Below are positions 36,611 to 45,595 of a DNA stretch of 57,107 bases, piece after piece. Position 1 is the stretch's first letter. Every line of letters starts with the position of its first letter. The position numbers and the translations under genes are program-made. Origin of the DNA: a virus (Duplodnaviria; Caudoviricetes); the IMG/VR virus record IMGVR_UViG_3300032046_000031, positions 1 through 57,107 of that record; one strand, given 5' to 3'. Under the pieces are notes generated by a model. That model did not search any database. It worked only from the letters and a program-made list of their open reading frames with translations, and was not told the origin of the DNA.

Positions 36611-37444
36611 ATGAACCTTTTAGAGATCAGAACTGAAATCAGACGAATCCTTGCAGAGACTACCGCTGCCTCATCTTATTTCTCTGACGCTGACATTAAT
36701 AGATTTATCAACGATGGCATCAAGCATATGTGCATTGAGGCAGGGGTTTATGAGAAGACTCTTTCCATCACGGTTGCAACCACCATTGCTACCTATACCC
36801 TTCCTCTTGAATTTCTCTCAATGAAAACTATCCTCAATCTTAATGGAATCCCACTTGATCCCATTGAAACTTTTCAGGTTGGAGGAACTTATAAGATTAC
36901 AGGTTTACCTCTAAATTATTATATGACTCAAGCAGCAGCCACCCTGCCAATCTGGGTTAAAGCAACTGCCTATGTTATATTCCCTGCAACTTGCAGTATT
37001 GCCAAAACGTACTGTGTCCCTATCACCGCTAATGGGTATTCTTATGAATGTGTAACTGCAGGGACATCTCATGCCTCAACCGAACCAGTCTGGACAACTG
37101 TTGTAGGGAGTACCCAACCAGTAGATGGTACAGTGTATTGGAAATGCCGAGAGTTATTCTCTACCCTTTTCACCCTCAATCTCTATGACACTCCAACCAC
37201 TGCAGGTGGAGGAGCTGGGACCTACACCCTAATCTATTCAGCCTTAGATGAAGGTCTCTACGTTGACACCGACACCCCAAATTTCCCTTGGAATAAACAT
37301 CAGTATCTTGTTTCTTATGGATGTTTTAAGTGTGGGATGAAAGCAAAAGATCAAGCCTTAGCAATGGCTTTTCTTACAGAGTACAGTTCGGGATTGGGAT
37401 TAAAGATGGGTGGTGCAGGAGGTGAAGGTGGCCCCCAAAGTTGA
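36611..37444 (+). CDS. Second adaptor-like (DUF6682-like) protein with an inserted carbohydrate-binding-like module
   Basis: MNLLEIRTEIRRIL...FSDADINRFINDG; YECVTAGTS...EPVW...DGTVYW insert. Confidence 0.6.
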   Translation: MNLLEIRTEIRRILAETTAASSYFSDADINRFINDGIKHMCIEAGVYEKTLSITVATTIATYTLPLEFLSMKTILNLNGIPLDPIETFQVGGTYKITGLPLNYYMTQAAATLPIWVKATAYVIFPATCSIAKTYCVPITANGYSYECVTAGTSHASTEPVWTTVVGSTQPVDGTVYWKCRELFSTLFTLNLYDTPTTAGGGAGTYTLIYSALDEGLYVDTDTPNFPWNKHQYLVSYGCFKCGMKAKDQALAMAFLTEYSSGLGLKMGGAGGEGGPQS

Positions 37445-39935
37445 ACCTCGCAAGACTAAACAGATCCTTGGCATGAACTCCTATGACGATTCTACTCTTC
37501 TCCCTGATGGGGTTGTCAAGCTCATCCAAAATATGCTCCCAGAGAAGACCTCTCTTGAGACCCGTACAGGGTGGGCTCATTATCGAACGGGAATCTCTTG
37601 CACCGCTGATCACACCACCGATGTCTTTACCTCAGCCTCTCATGGATTGAATGATGGGGATAGAATCTACCTTGCAGCAACAACCCTTCCTGCTGGGATA
37701 GCCTCAACTACCCTCTATTATATAATTTCTTCAGCAACTAATACTTTTCAGGTTTCTCTCACCCTCGGAGGTGGTGCTGTCACCTTTACCTCAAATGGAT
37801 CAGGTATAACCTGGATAAGAATGTTGACTGACTCAGCTGGCATCTTTGGGATGGGTTATTATGCTCCAACTACAACAATCGACCTTGATCTCGTTGTCTC
37901 CTATGGGAAACTTTACTCTGGAAATGGTGGAACCCTCACCGAGCGATACAGTGGACTCTCCGCTAATACGCTCTGCTCCATTGCTCAATTTGATGACAAA
38001 GCTTTAATCATAGATCAAGTTAATAAGATGAGAGTATATAAGTATGGAGAGACAACCTACGCTGCTGGAATCGATTCTCCAAAAGAATATAAACTGATTG
38101 AAGATTTTGAGTTAGTCTCAGATTGGGCTCTTGTAAATGGTACTGCTACTGCTAACGCAGTCAACTTTGTTTATGGGACTCAATGCATCACCTTCCTAAC
38201 AACTGCTGGTTTGGTAATGACAGCAGTGAAAACATTTGCATCAAAGAATCTTACTACCTTTGATGATGGTTCAACCTCTGGCACCAATGATTATATCAGT
38301 CTCTTTCTAATCCGAGGTGTTTATGCTAACTTTGATTCCTGTACCTTAGAGATTGGTGATGGTGGAAGTACCACCTGCTATCGAATTGTTCTCTCAAGTT
38401 TGACTGAATGGACCGCAACCTCTGCTCCTGATGTTGCATTTGAGTTTAAGATTAGAAAAAGTGCTTTTACAACAGTTGGTGCTCCAAACTGGAATGCAAT
38501 TACAGGTGTGAAAATTTCCATTGATGCTGCTGCAGCAGTTCAAGCTCAAATCATTGTTGACTATCTTAGGTTGGAGAAAGCTGGCCCTACCACAGCAGAT
38601 TCAACAGTGGCTGGACTTCCATCTGGAACATACTACTACCGAGTTACCTTTGTTACAAATGATGGATGGGAGAGTGATCCTTCTGTGATCTCTGATGCTG
38701 TTGTTGTGGTTTTAGAGAAAGTTACTCTGACAAATATCCCTGTCCCTGGTTCTGCTCGGATTGCAAGCAAGAAGATTTACAGGTTGGGAGGGACATCTGC
38801 TGAGTGGAGACTACTTACCACCCTCTACGATCGAACTACCACTACCTACACCGATAACACCGCAGATGCCAATCTTGGAGATCTCCAAGACATCATCGAG
38901 GGACAACCTTACATCCCAAAATGTCTTACCATCCATGATAAGACCGTAATAATTGCAAATCTTACCTCTCCTGATGGAACTGCCTATCCCTGTGGGGTGA
39001 TGATCTCAGAAGAATTAAGTGTTGATATCTTTGATCACGATAACTTCTTTGAGATTGAAGCAAACTTTGGAGGAAAGATTAATTGGATCCTCGATGCTAT
39101 GGACTTTACCTACGTTGGGAAATCAAACTCAATTTGGAAGTTTGATCCAAATGATCTTACCATCCCTCCTCGAAACCTCTCTCGTATCTATGGAGGAGTT
39201 GGACCTCTTGCTGTTACTGTAGGAGAGAATGAATTTTACTTTCTGGATGGTGCAAAGAGGGTGATTAGCTTCAATGGATCATTCTTTGAGAACATTGGAG
39301 AGGTTTCTCCCAATCGTCTCTCATCTGTGCAAAACTATCTCGATCTTATCCCTGATGCCTGCATCCAAACCTGTTGGATGCTATGCCATGATAATTTTCT
39401 TTTGGTTGGTATTCCACAGACAGGGGATACGTCTCCAACTCTCATCCTTGCCTACTACATCCCAAAGCAGATTTGGATTGTCATCTCTGGGTGGCCAGCG
39501 AGATGTGGGTACTCAGCAAAACTTGCAGGAATTAACACCTTACATCTTGGTCATGCAACCACTGGATTTGTTTATAATTGTTTCTCAGGGGATGATGATG
39601 CTGGAGCAGCCATCACCAATGGGATTCAAACTTCAGATTGGGACTTTGGATCGCCAGAGATTAGAAAAGATTATGCAAAATTCTTTCTCTTTGCAAAGAA
39701 ATTAACTTCGACAAGTGTAACTCTTACTGTTGAACCTTATCTTGATACAGTAGATTCAACAAAAGATATGACTCTTACCATTGATTCTACTGAACATAAG
39801 AGGTTTGGAGATGATATTTCTGTTCCAGAATTAGGATATGCAGGAACATTTCTTGGTTTGCGGATATTTGCAACAACAAGATGGGCATTCAGGTCGCTGT
39901 TTGAATATGCAAGGACGATCGGTATACCTCTATGA
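37410..39935 (+). CDS. Tail nozzle / tubular protein (P22 gp10- or T7 gp12-like) with inserted domains
   Basis: Size, position, C-terminal QTSDWDFGSPEIRKDY motif and YYYRVTFV...ESDPS insert. Confidence 0.6.
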   Translation: MVQEVKVAPKVEPRKTKQILGMNSYDDSTLLPDGVVKLIQNMLPEKTSLETRTGWAHYRTGISCTADHTTDVFTSASHGLNDGDRIYLAATTLPAGIASTTLYYIISSATNTFQVSLTLGGGAVTFTSNGSGITWIRMLTDSAGIFGMGYYAPTTTIDLDLVVSYGKLYSGNGGTLTERYSGLSANTLCSIAQFDDKALIIDQVNKMRVYKYGETTYAAGIDSPKEYKLIEDFELVSDWALVNGTATANAVNFVYGTQCITFLTTAGLVMTAVKTFASKNLTTFDDGSTSGTNDYISLFLIRGVYANFDSCTLEIGDGGSTTCYRIVLSSLTEWTATSAPDVAFEFKIRKSAFTTVGAPNWNAITGVKISIDAAAAVQAQIIVDYLRLEKAGPTTADSTVAGLPSGTYYYRVTFVTNDGWESDPSVISDAVVVVLEKVTLTNIPVPGSARIASKKIYRLGGTSAEWRLLTTLYDRTTTTYTDNTADANLGDLQDIIEGQPYIPKCLTIHDKTVIIANLTSPDGTAYPCGVMISEELSVDIFDHDNFFEIEANFGGKINWILDAMDFTYVGKSNSIWKFDPNDLTIPPRNLSRIYGGVGPLAVTVGENEFYFLDGAKRVISFNGSFFENIGEVSPNRLSSVQNYLDLIPDACIQTCWMLCHDNFLLVGIPQTGDTSPTLILAYYIPKQIWIVISGWPARCGYSAKLAGINTLHLGHATTGFVYNCFSGDDDAGAAITNGIQTSDWDFGSPEIRKDYAKFFLFAKKLTSTSVTLTVEPYLDTVDSTKDMTLTIDSTEHKRFGDDISVPELGYAGTFLGLRIFATTRWAFRSLFEYARTIGIPL

Positions 39936-40489
39936 AACCCGTCCTTAAAGTCATAATCCCTGATAAACCTGCTGAAGCAACCGTCAATGCTCTCTTTGAG
40001 GATATCTATAACAAGATTGGAAGTCTCCAAAAATGGGTGAGTGAAGGGACAGCTTTAGATCGCCCTCACATCGATTCTTCTTCAATAGGGGCTGAGCTTA
40101 ACTATGCTTTCATCTACCTTCATTGCCTTCTTGTTAGTGAGGCTCTCCTTTATGTCTGGAGGTATCGAAAGCGAGGTACCTATAAATGGTCAACCTGGTT
40201 TAGTGTTGAGAATGAGACTAAGATTCCCAATCTCTATTTTGCAACAGAATATGAGTTAGGGGTGTTAGCGATTGGGCCTTCGCTGGTAAAATCAGAATGG
40301 TCTTACACCATCATAGTGACAAGTGCTGCTGCTCCAGTCCCTTCACAGGTTACTGGAGTAGTCTTGACCAATCTTACAATGTTCGTTGATCCTATAACTG
40401 GTGAGCAGATGGCAAGAGTCCAAGTTGATTGGACTGATAATGCAACGAGTGAGTTGGTTGATCTTTATGAGGTGATCTGGACAGAGTAA
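39932..40489 (+). CDS. Fibronectin type III-containing tail protein (ends in half a domain)
   Basis: IPNLYFATEYELGVLA...SEWS; PSQVTGV...VQVDWTD...YEVIW. Confidence 0.6.
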   Translation: MKPVLKVIIPDKPAEATVNALFEDIYNKIGSLQKWVSEGTALDRPHIDSSSIGAELNYAFIYLHCLLVSEALLYVWRYRKRGTYKWSTWFSVENETKIPNLYFATEYELGVLAIGPSLVKSEWSYTIIVTSAAAPVPSQVTGVVLTNLTMFVDPITGEQMARVQVDWTDNATSELVDLYEVIWTE

Positions 40490-40492
40490 TCT

Positions 40493-41263
40493 ATGCCATA
40501 TAAAAGTTTTGCTTGCAATTCTGGTGGGACAGGAGCAATGATAAAATCAACCTATAAGGGGATTCTTTGCTATCCTTTTACCGATCCAATGATCTATCGT
40601 GGGATGATTGGATGGTATAAGGTTGATGAGGGAAGTGGAACAATCCTTTATAACTCTGCACCAGCAAGTGCGAGTAAGCTCCCAGACCTTAATATTGTTA
40701 CTCCAGGTTCAAATTTCTGGGGACTCTATTCTGGATTTGGATATTGGGATGGGGTTGCAACGAGGACCTATAAAATATTTTCCTTTGATCCCTTGGGAAC
40801 TGGACCAAGAACCGTAATGATCTTTGGAAGGGAGAAGCATGGGCTTCAAGATACAAAAATTGCTACTCAGTATTATCTTGCTCCTACTGATCCAGAGGTC
40901 TTTGATTATTACAGTGCACTTGGTGGGATAGTGGTTGTTAAACAACCCAACTGGGCAGGCATGAGTATCAGTCTTACTCCAGGATCAGATTATTATGATA
41001 GACCTTTTGTCAGTGTTTATACCCTTACTGATGTATTTCTGAGCACTTTGCAGATTAAATATACAGGAGGAACTTGGAAGTCTACTACTCCAAGCACTTA
41101 TAATCCAGGTCCAGGACTGACAGACATTTATATTGGAGGTCGATCAAGCCCACCTTATATATGGAAAGGTATCCTTGGTGATTTCATGATCTTTAATGTC
41201 TTACTAACAACAGCTGAAATAGATCAGATTGTAAGTTCTCGTCATTCTCGATGGAACATATAA
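40493..41263 (+). CDS. LamG/concanavalin-like domain tail protein
   Basis: GWYKVDEGSGTILYN and IGG...WKGILGDFMIFNVLLTTAEI. Confidence 0.65.
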   Translation: MPYKSFACNSGGTGAMIKSTYKGILCYPFTDPMIYRGMIGWYKVDEGSGTILYNSAPASASKLPDLNIVTPGSNFWGLYSGFGYWDGVATRTYKIFSFDPLGTGPRTVMIFGREKHGLQDTKIATQYYLAPTDPEVFDYYSALGGIVVVKQPNWAGMSISLTPGSDYYDRPFVSVYTLTDVFLSTLQIKYTGGTWKSTTPSTYNPGPGLTDIYIGGRSSPPYIWKGILGDFMIFNVLLTTAEIDQIVSSRHSRWNI

Positions 41264-41264
41264 G

Positions 41265-42107
41265 ATGGGAACTCGAATTATTGAAGCTTTAAAAGCAAGC
41301 ACCCTTTATACCATTCAGGTAAGAGCAAAAAATGTCTTTGGAAAGTGGGGGGAGTTTAGTGCAGCAGAAACTACCACCACCGCTAAGGATACCACCGTTC
41401 CTGCCACCCCAGCTGGCCAAACCATCCTTGTCGCCACCCCAAACTTCTTCATCATAGGATGGACAGCGTCAGCATCAGGGCTTGGAGTTGAGGGATATAA
41501 TATCTATGTCTTTACATCAAACACCCCTGCCTCTGCCAAGATTATCAAGAGAGCAGGTTACAACACAACGAGGATCATCGTTAATCAGGGAGAGGCCTCT
41601 GAGGATGCTTCCATCACCATTGCTGCTGGAACAGCTTACTGGTTTTGGATTACCTCTGTTGATCAAAGTGGAAACGAGTCAGCTAAGTCAACCTTAGTAA
41701 CTGGTACATTAGGGACTGCAGGGACAGGAACTGATCATGGAGCTCTTACAGGATTACTTGATGATGATCACACCCAATATCGCCTTGAGAGTGCAGACCA
41801 TACTCATCAGACTACAGGAGCCGAGGCAGGAAAGATTGATCATGGATTGGCCTTAGATGGCTTATTGGATGATGACCATACTCAGTATCAAAAGGAATCA
41901 GAGAAGGATGCAGTAAGTGGATATGCTGGTCTTAATGCTTCAAGTCGAACAACAAAGGGAGTTGATACTACTGATGATCTCATCATTGACCTTGCAGCAA
42001 AAGGATTAGTATTAAAGGATACCCAAGGAACCCCACACTATTGGAGAGTAACAATAGATGATATAGGGTCTTTAGTTACAACAGATTTAGGAACGGTGAA
42101 ACCATAA
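41265..42107 (+). CDS. Fn3-containing tail fibre protein with two DHG-x-L-x-GLLDDDHTQY repeats
   Basis: LKASTLYTIQVRAKN, DTTVPATP and YWFWITSVDQSGNES. Confidence 0.65.
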   Translation: MGTRIIEALKASTLYTIQVRAKNVFGKWGEFSAAETTTTAKDTTVPATPAGQTILVATPNFFIIGWTASASGLGVEGYNIYVFTSNTPASAKIIKRAGYNTTRIIVNQGEASEDASITIAAGTAYWFWITSVDQSGNESAKSTLVTGTLGTAGTGTDHGALTGLLDDDHTQYRLESADHTHQTTGAEAGKIDHGLALDGLLDDDHTQYQKESEKDAVSGYAGLNASSRTTKGVDTTDDLIIDLAAKGLVLKDTQGTPHYWRVTIDDIGSLVTTDLGTVKP

Positions 42108-42205
42108 TGCCAAAACATGCAACTTTAGATGAAACTGGAAAGGTTCCAGCTGTACAACTTCCTCCTATGAAGCTGGTCGAACTGGCGCAATGACAGCATA
42201 ATAAG

Positions 42206-42628
42206 ATGCAAGAGATCACCTATTTAGAATCCGATCAGGACTTCGAACATCTCATCCCCCTTATAAGGGTATTCTCAGAGAGAGCCAAAGTCCCTTACTG
42301 GCAACAGTTGAATGAGGTTACAGCCTCCTTCACCAATCCAAATATCTTCGTGATTATTGGGAAGGATGAAGGAAGAATCGTTGGCTATATTTGTGGGAGT
42401 TTATTAAACCAGAGAGAATTTTACATCTCTCAGCTTTTCTCTCCTTTACAAGCTGTTACTCCATTGCTCCTTGATTTTCTTGAAAAGGAGATGAGAGAGA
42501 GAAATGTTAAGAAACTCTTTGGTCTTAGCAGACCCGACCCTCGTGTCTTTGAGAAATATGGATTTAAGACTGAGAGAGTCCTTATGTCTAAACAGTTGGA
42601 GAAGGAGAAAAAGGAGGAATCAAAATGA
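42206..42628 (+). CDS. GNAT-fold acetyltransferase-like protein
   Basis: RIVGYICG...FYISQLF...FEKYGFK; occupies the usual position before ejection proteins. Confidence 0.6.
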   Translation: MQEITYLESDQDFEHLIPLIRVFSERAKVPYWQQLNEVTASFTNPNIFVIIGKDEGRIVGYICGSLLNQREFYISQLFSPLQAVTPLLLDFLEKEMRERNVKKLFGLSRPDPRVFEKYGFKTERVLMSKQLEKEKKEESK

Positions 42629-43338
42629 GCTTCGGCCATACCAAGAAAACAAAGAGTACCCCAGTCTTTCGTGAAACCTGGCTCCCAGGGCAGCAGGAGG
42701 CTGCTGGGAAATTTCTCTCTTCAATTCAGGATATCTATTCTGGCAACCTTAACTCCCCTATTGCAAGGATGCTTCAACAGACAACAGGTGAAGCTGCGAT
42801 GAGAGAGACTGCCCAGCAGAGACAAGCTATCTCAGGAACAAAAGGGATGACAGCCCCAGCTAAAGCGAAAGCGATCTCAGGGTTGGGTGGGACAGCAGCT
42901 GGTGCGATGGCAAAGATCCCCCAAGCAATCTGGCAACAAGCGGCGGAGGCACTTCAAGCTTACACCACAGCAGCCCCTACTGTTGCAAGTGGAACAAAGA
43001 CAAGTGGAGGTGGGGGGACTTCGGTTGGATGCTGTTTCATCTTCATTGCAGGAGAGGGAGAGCTTACTCGAATTGTCAGACGATATCGAGATGAGCATTA
43101 TCTTGGGACACTGGTTGATCCAGGTTATAGATGGATGGCAAGGTTACTTGTACCTCTAATGCAGAAGTCTATCCTTATCAAAGGGGTGGTTAGAAAGCTA
43201 ATGACTCAACCCCTAACTGAATACGCAAAATGGTGGTATGGGGAGAGATCATTCACCATTGGGGGGTGGGTTGCAAAACAGTTTTGGCCAACCTTATGGA
43301 AGGTGATGGGGAGGATTAAACATGCCCAGACGAAGTAG
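42625..43338 (+). CDS. DNA ejection/pilot protein with a C-terminal CFI-box-like domain
   Basis: Ala/Gln-rich N-terminus; GGGGTSVG-CCFIF...VRRYRD...GY. Confidence 0.55.
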   Translation: MSFGHTKKTKSTPVFRETWLPGQQEAAGKFLSSIQDIYSGNLNSPIARMLQQTTGEAAMRETAQQRQAISGTKGMTAPAKAKAISGLGGTAAGAMAKIPQAIWQQAAEALQAYTTAAPTVASGTKTSGGGGTSVGCCFIFIAGEGELTRIVRRYRDEHYLGTLVDPGYRWMARLLVPLMQKSILIKGVVRKLMTQPLTEYAKWWYGERSFTIGGWVAKQFWPTLWKVMGRIKHAQTK

Positions 43339-44464
43339 CGGTTCAACCTTTCAAATTGATACAGGTCTTGATATTGGTCCCTTTCTTACTAAGTCCCTGA
43401 TTGAAGCTATCGAACCAAAAGGGACAAGGAAGCAGAGACAGGAGCAAGAGGCTCTGGCTAAACTTGCTGAACTTCAACCAATGGTCTCGAAACTTCCTGA
43501 GACTGAGAAGAAAGATTTCTACAATCGATTCTTCCAGGCTTATGGTGTTTATAAAGCTCCTTGGATTAGGGGAATGTTTGGTGCTGGCGAGGAGCCTGTC
43601 CTTCCTCTTCCAACAGGTGCTCAAGAGATCACCAGACCAATGACAGGGATGTTTGGGAGGAAGGATGTGAAAGGTGTCTATGTCCCTCAGGTTGGACCTT
43701 TCAAGTTCACTGAAGCACCACTTCTTTCTGAACAAAAGAAATCAGAACTCTTACAATTTGCTAAGGCTCAAGGTTACGATGAAGAAGAAACAAATGCTCT
43801 TATTGAAGCAGCTACAACAGGAGTGCCCAAATCTGCAGCTGCCATCCAAGCCAACCTTCTTAAGCGAGCTGATAGATTAATTGGGGATGCAATGGCTGGA
43901 GGGAAGACAAGAGAACAAGCAATTGAGACTCTCCCACCAACCTTGAAAAGACACATTCAAGAGCATGAGCAAGAGTTTCAAACAAAGGAGTCTCTAAGGA
44001 AATATCAAGCAGAAGCTGCATTAAGTTTAGCAAGAGAAAGGGAGGAACGCCCAAAGATTGCAAGAGAAAGAGAAGCAAGATTTGCTCAACAATTTAAAGC
44101 AACAATGGATTTAGCAGGAAGGAAACAAGCTGTTGTTGAGCAGCAAGCTCAGAGAATGTTGAATCTTAAAACTATTGATATGCAGACCAGAAATTATATC
44201 AACATTATGAAGGAGAAAACTCAAGCTCAACTTCGATTATTGCTCCAACACAATCAACAACAAATGAAGTTTCGTGAGACAGATCCAAACTTTGTCCCTG
44301 ATTTTAGAGATGATTCCCAAATTGCTGGGAATTGGGATGATCTTTATGCAAGAGTGATGTCGATGCAAGGTGTTTCAGGAGCAGCACCAGAGGTTGCTCC
44401 TCCACTCTCAGAGCAAGATGCAGCTTTTGATCGTTTAATGAAAAGGATCAAAGGAGGAAAATAA
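43322..44464 (+). CDS. Internal virion (ejection) protein
   Basis: Helical, Gln/Glu/Ala-rich; position. Confidence 0.55.
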   Translation: MPRRSSGSTFQIDTGLDIGPFLTKSLIEAIEPKGTRKQRQEQEALAKLAELQPMVSKLPETEKKDFYNRFFQAYGVYKAPWIRGMFGAGEEPVLPLPTGAQEITRPMTGMFGRKDVKGVYVPQVGPFKFTEAPLLSEQKKSELLQFAKAQGYDEEETNALIEAATTGVPKSAAAIQANLLKRADRLIGDAMAGGKTREQAIETLPPTLKRHIQEHEQEFQTKESLRKYQAEAALSLAREREERPKIAREREARFAQQFKATMDLAGRKQAVVEQQAQRMLNLKTIDMQTRNYINIMKEKTQAQLRLLLQHNQQQMKFRETDPNFVPDFRDDSQIAGNWDDLYARVMSMQGVSGAAPEVAPPLSEQDAAFDRLMKRIKGGK

Positions 44465-45594
44465 TGGAAGAACGAGTCAATTTGTTTGAGACACTTCGTA
44501 AAGATCCCGATTTCGATAAATTATCAAAAGAGCAGCAAACTAAGATCCGTGAGGCTTGGGTACAACAGCAGATGATGTCCTCTGGAGATCCAAGGAATCA
44601 AAAGAATTTTGAACAGTTGGTTAAAGAGGCATATTACGATCTTCCCCAAGCACCAACAGAGGGTGCCTTTTTCCCAGCTTGGCCTGAGTTTAAAGAAAGG
44701 ATGGGGACATCTTGGGAGAGAGGATGGGGAGTCCCAAAGGAGATTCTCTGGGGAGGGATAAAAGAGGTTGGAACTGGTGAAGGGACAATCCCACAGAGAC
44801 TCTCAAGGATGCCAGCACAGATCCGTGACTATTTTATTGGAAGGAGAAAAGCAACAGAACTCCCAGAAGAGATTGAAAAGGTTCCAGGATCATCTCTTTG
44901 GTCCGACCCTTTTCTCTGGGGATTAGGGAAGGTTGGATATAAACTTGGAGAGAAAACAGTAAAAGGAATTGGAAAGATAGGAGAAAGAATCAGACCTCCA
45001 GGAATTGCAAAGGCTAGTGAGGAGACTGCTGAAGCTTTCAATGCAAGAGTAATGGGTGAGGAAGCAGCAAAGAGAGAGGCTCTTAAAGGAAGGATAAGAG
45101 AACTACGAGGAGGAAGAGAACCTATTTCAGCTCCTATGCCTAAAACTCCAACCCCAACTCCACGAGGGCCTTACAACAAAGCAATGACTCGTCTCACCCC
45201 AAACTATGCAAAAGAGGAAGCAAAGGTTGTTTCTGAGTTTGTTGCAAGACATCCAGATGATATTCTCTCAAAAGCAATCCTTACAGAGAAGCCTCCTCTT
45301 TCTCCCTCAACCCTCTCTGAGATTGAGAGACGAATCTTCAATCGAGTTCCTCAACCTCCTGTAACTCCTCCACCAGTTGGTTATAGGATTCAACCTCCTG
45401 GTGCTGCTGCAGAATCCCTCGGTGTGACTGGAGAGGCAGTTAATCTCAACGAGCCAAGGAATCTTGCTGATTGGATGGCAAAGCAAGGTGAAGAAAGAAT
45501 AATTACCCCATCAGCAAAGGAAATTGCAGAAGCCGCTACCAGAAATGTAGTATTGAAGAAATCGTATAAGTTACCAAAACTTAGAGGACAGTAA
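44464..45594 (+). CDS. Internal virion protein
   Basis: DPDFDKLSKEQQ N-terminal motif; position. Confidence 0.55.
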   Translation: MEERVNLFETLRKDPDFDKLSKEQQTKIREAWVQQQMMSSGDPRNQKNFEQLVKEAYYDLPQAPTEGAFFPAWPEFKERMGTSWERGWGVPKEILWGGIKEVGTGEGTIPQRLSRMPAQIRDYFIGRRKATELPEEIEKVPGSSLWSDPFLWGLGKVGYKLGEKTVKGIGKIGERIRPPGIAKASEETAEAFNARVMGEEAAKREALKGRIRELRGGREPISAPMPKTPTPTPRGPYNKAMTRLTPNYAKEEAKVVSEFVARHPDDILSKAILTEKPPLSPSTLSEIERRIFNRVPQPPVTPPPVGYRIQPPGAAAESLGVTGEAVNLNEPRNLADWMAKQGEERIITPSAKEIAEAATRNVVLKKSYKLPKLRGQ

Positions 45595-45595
45595 G

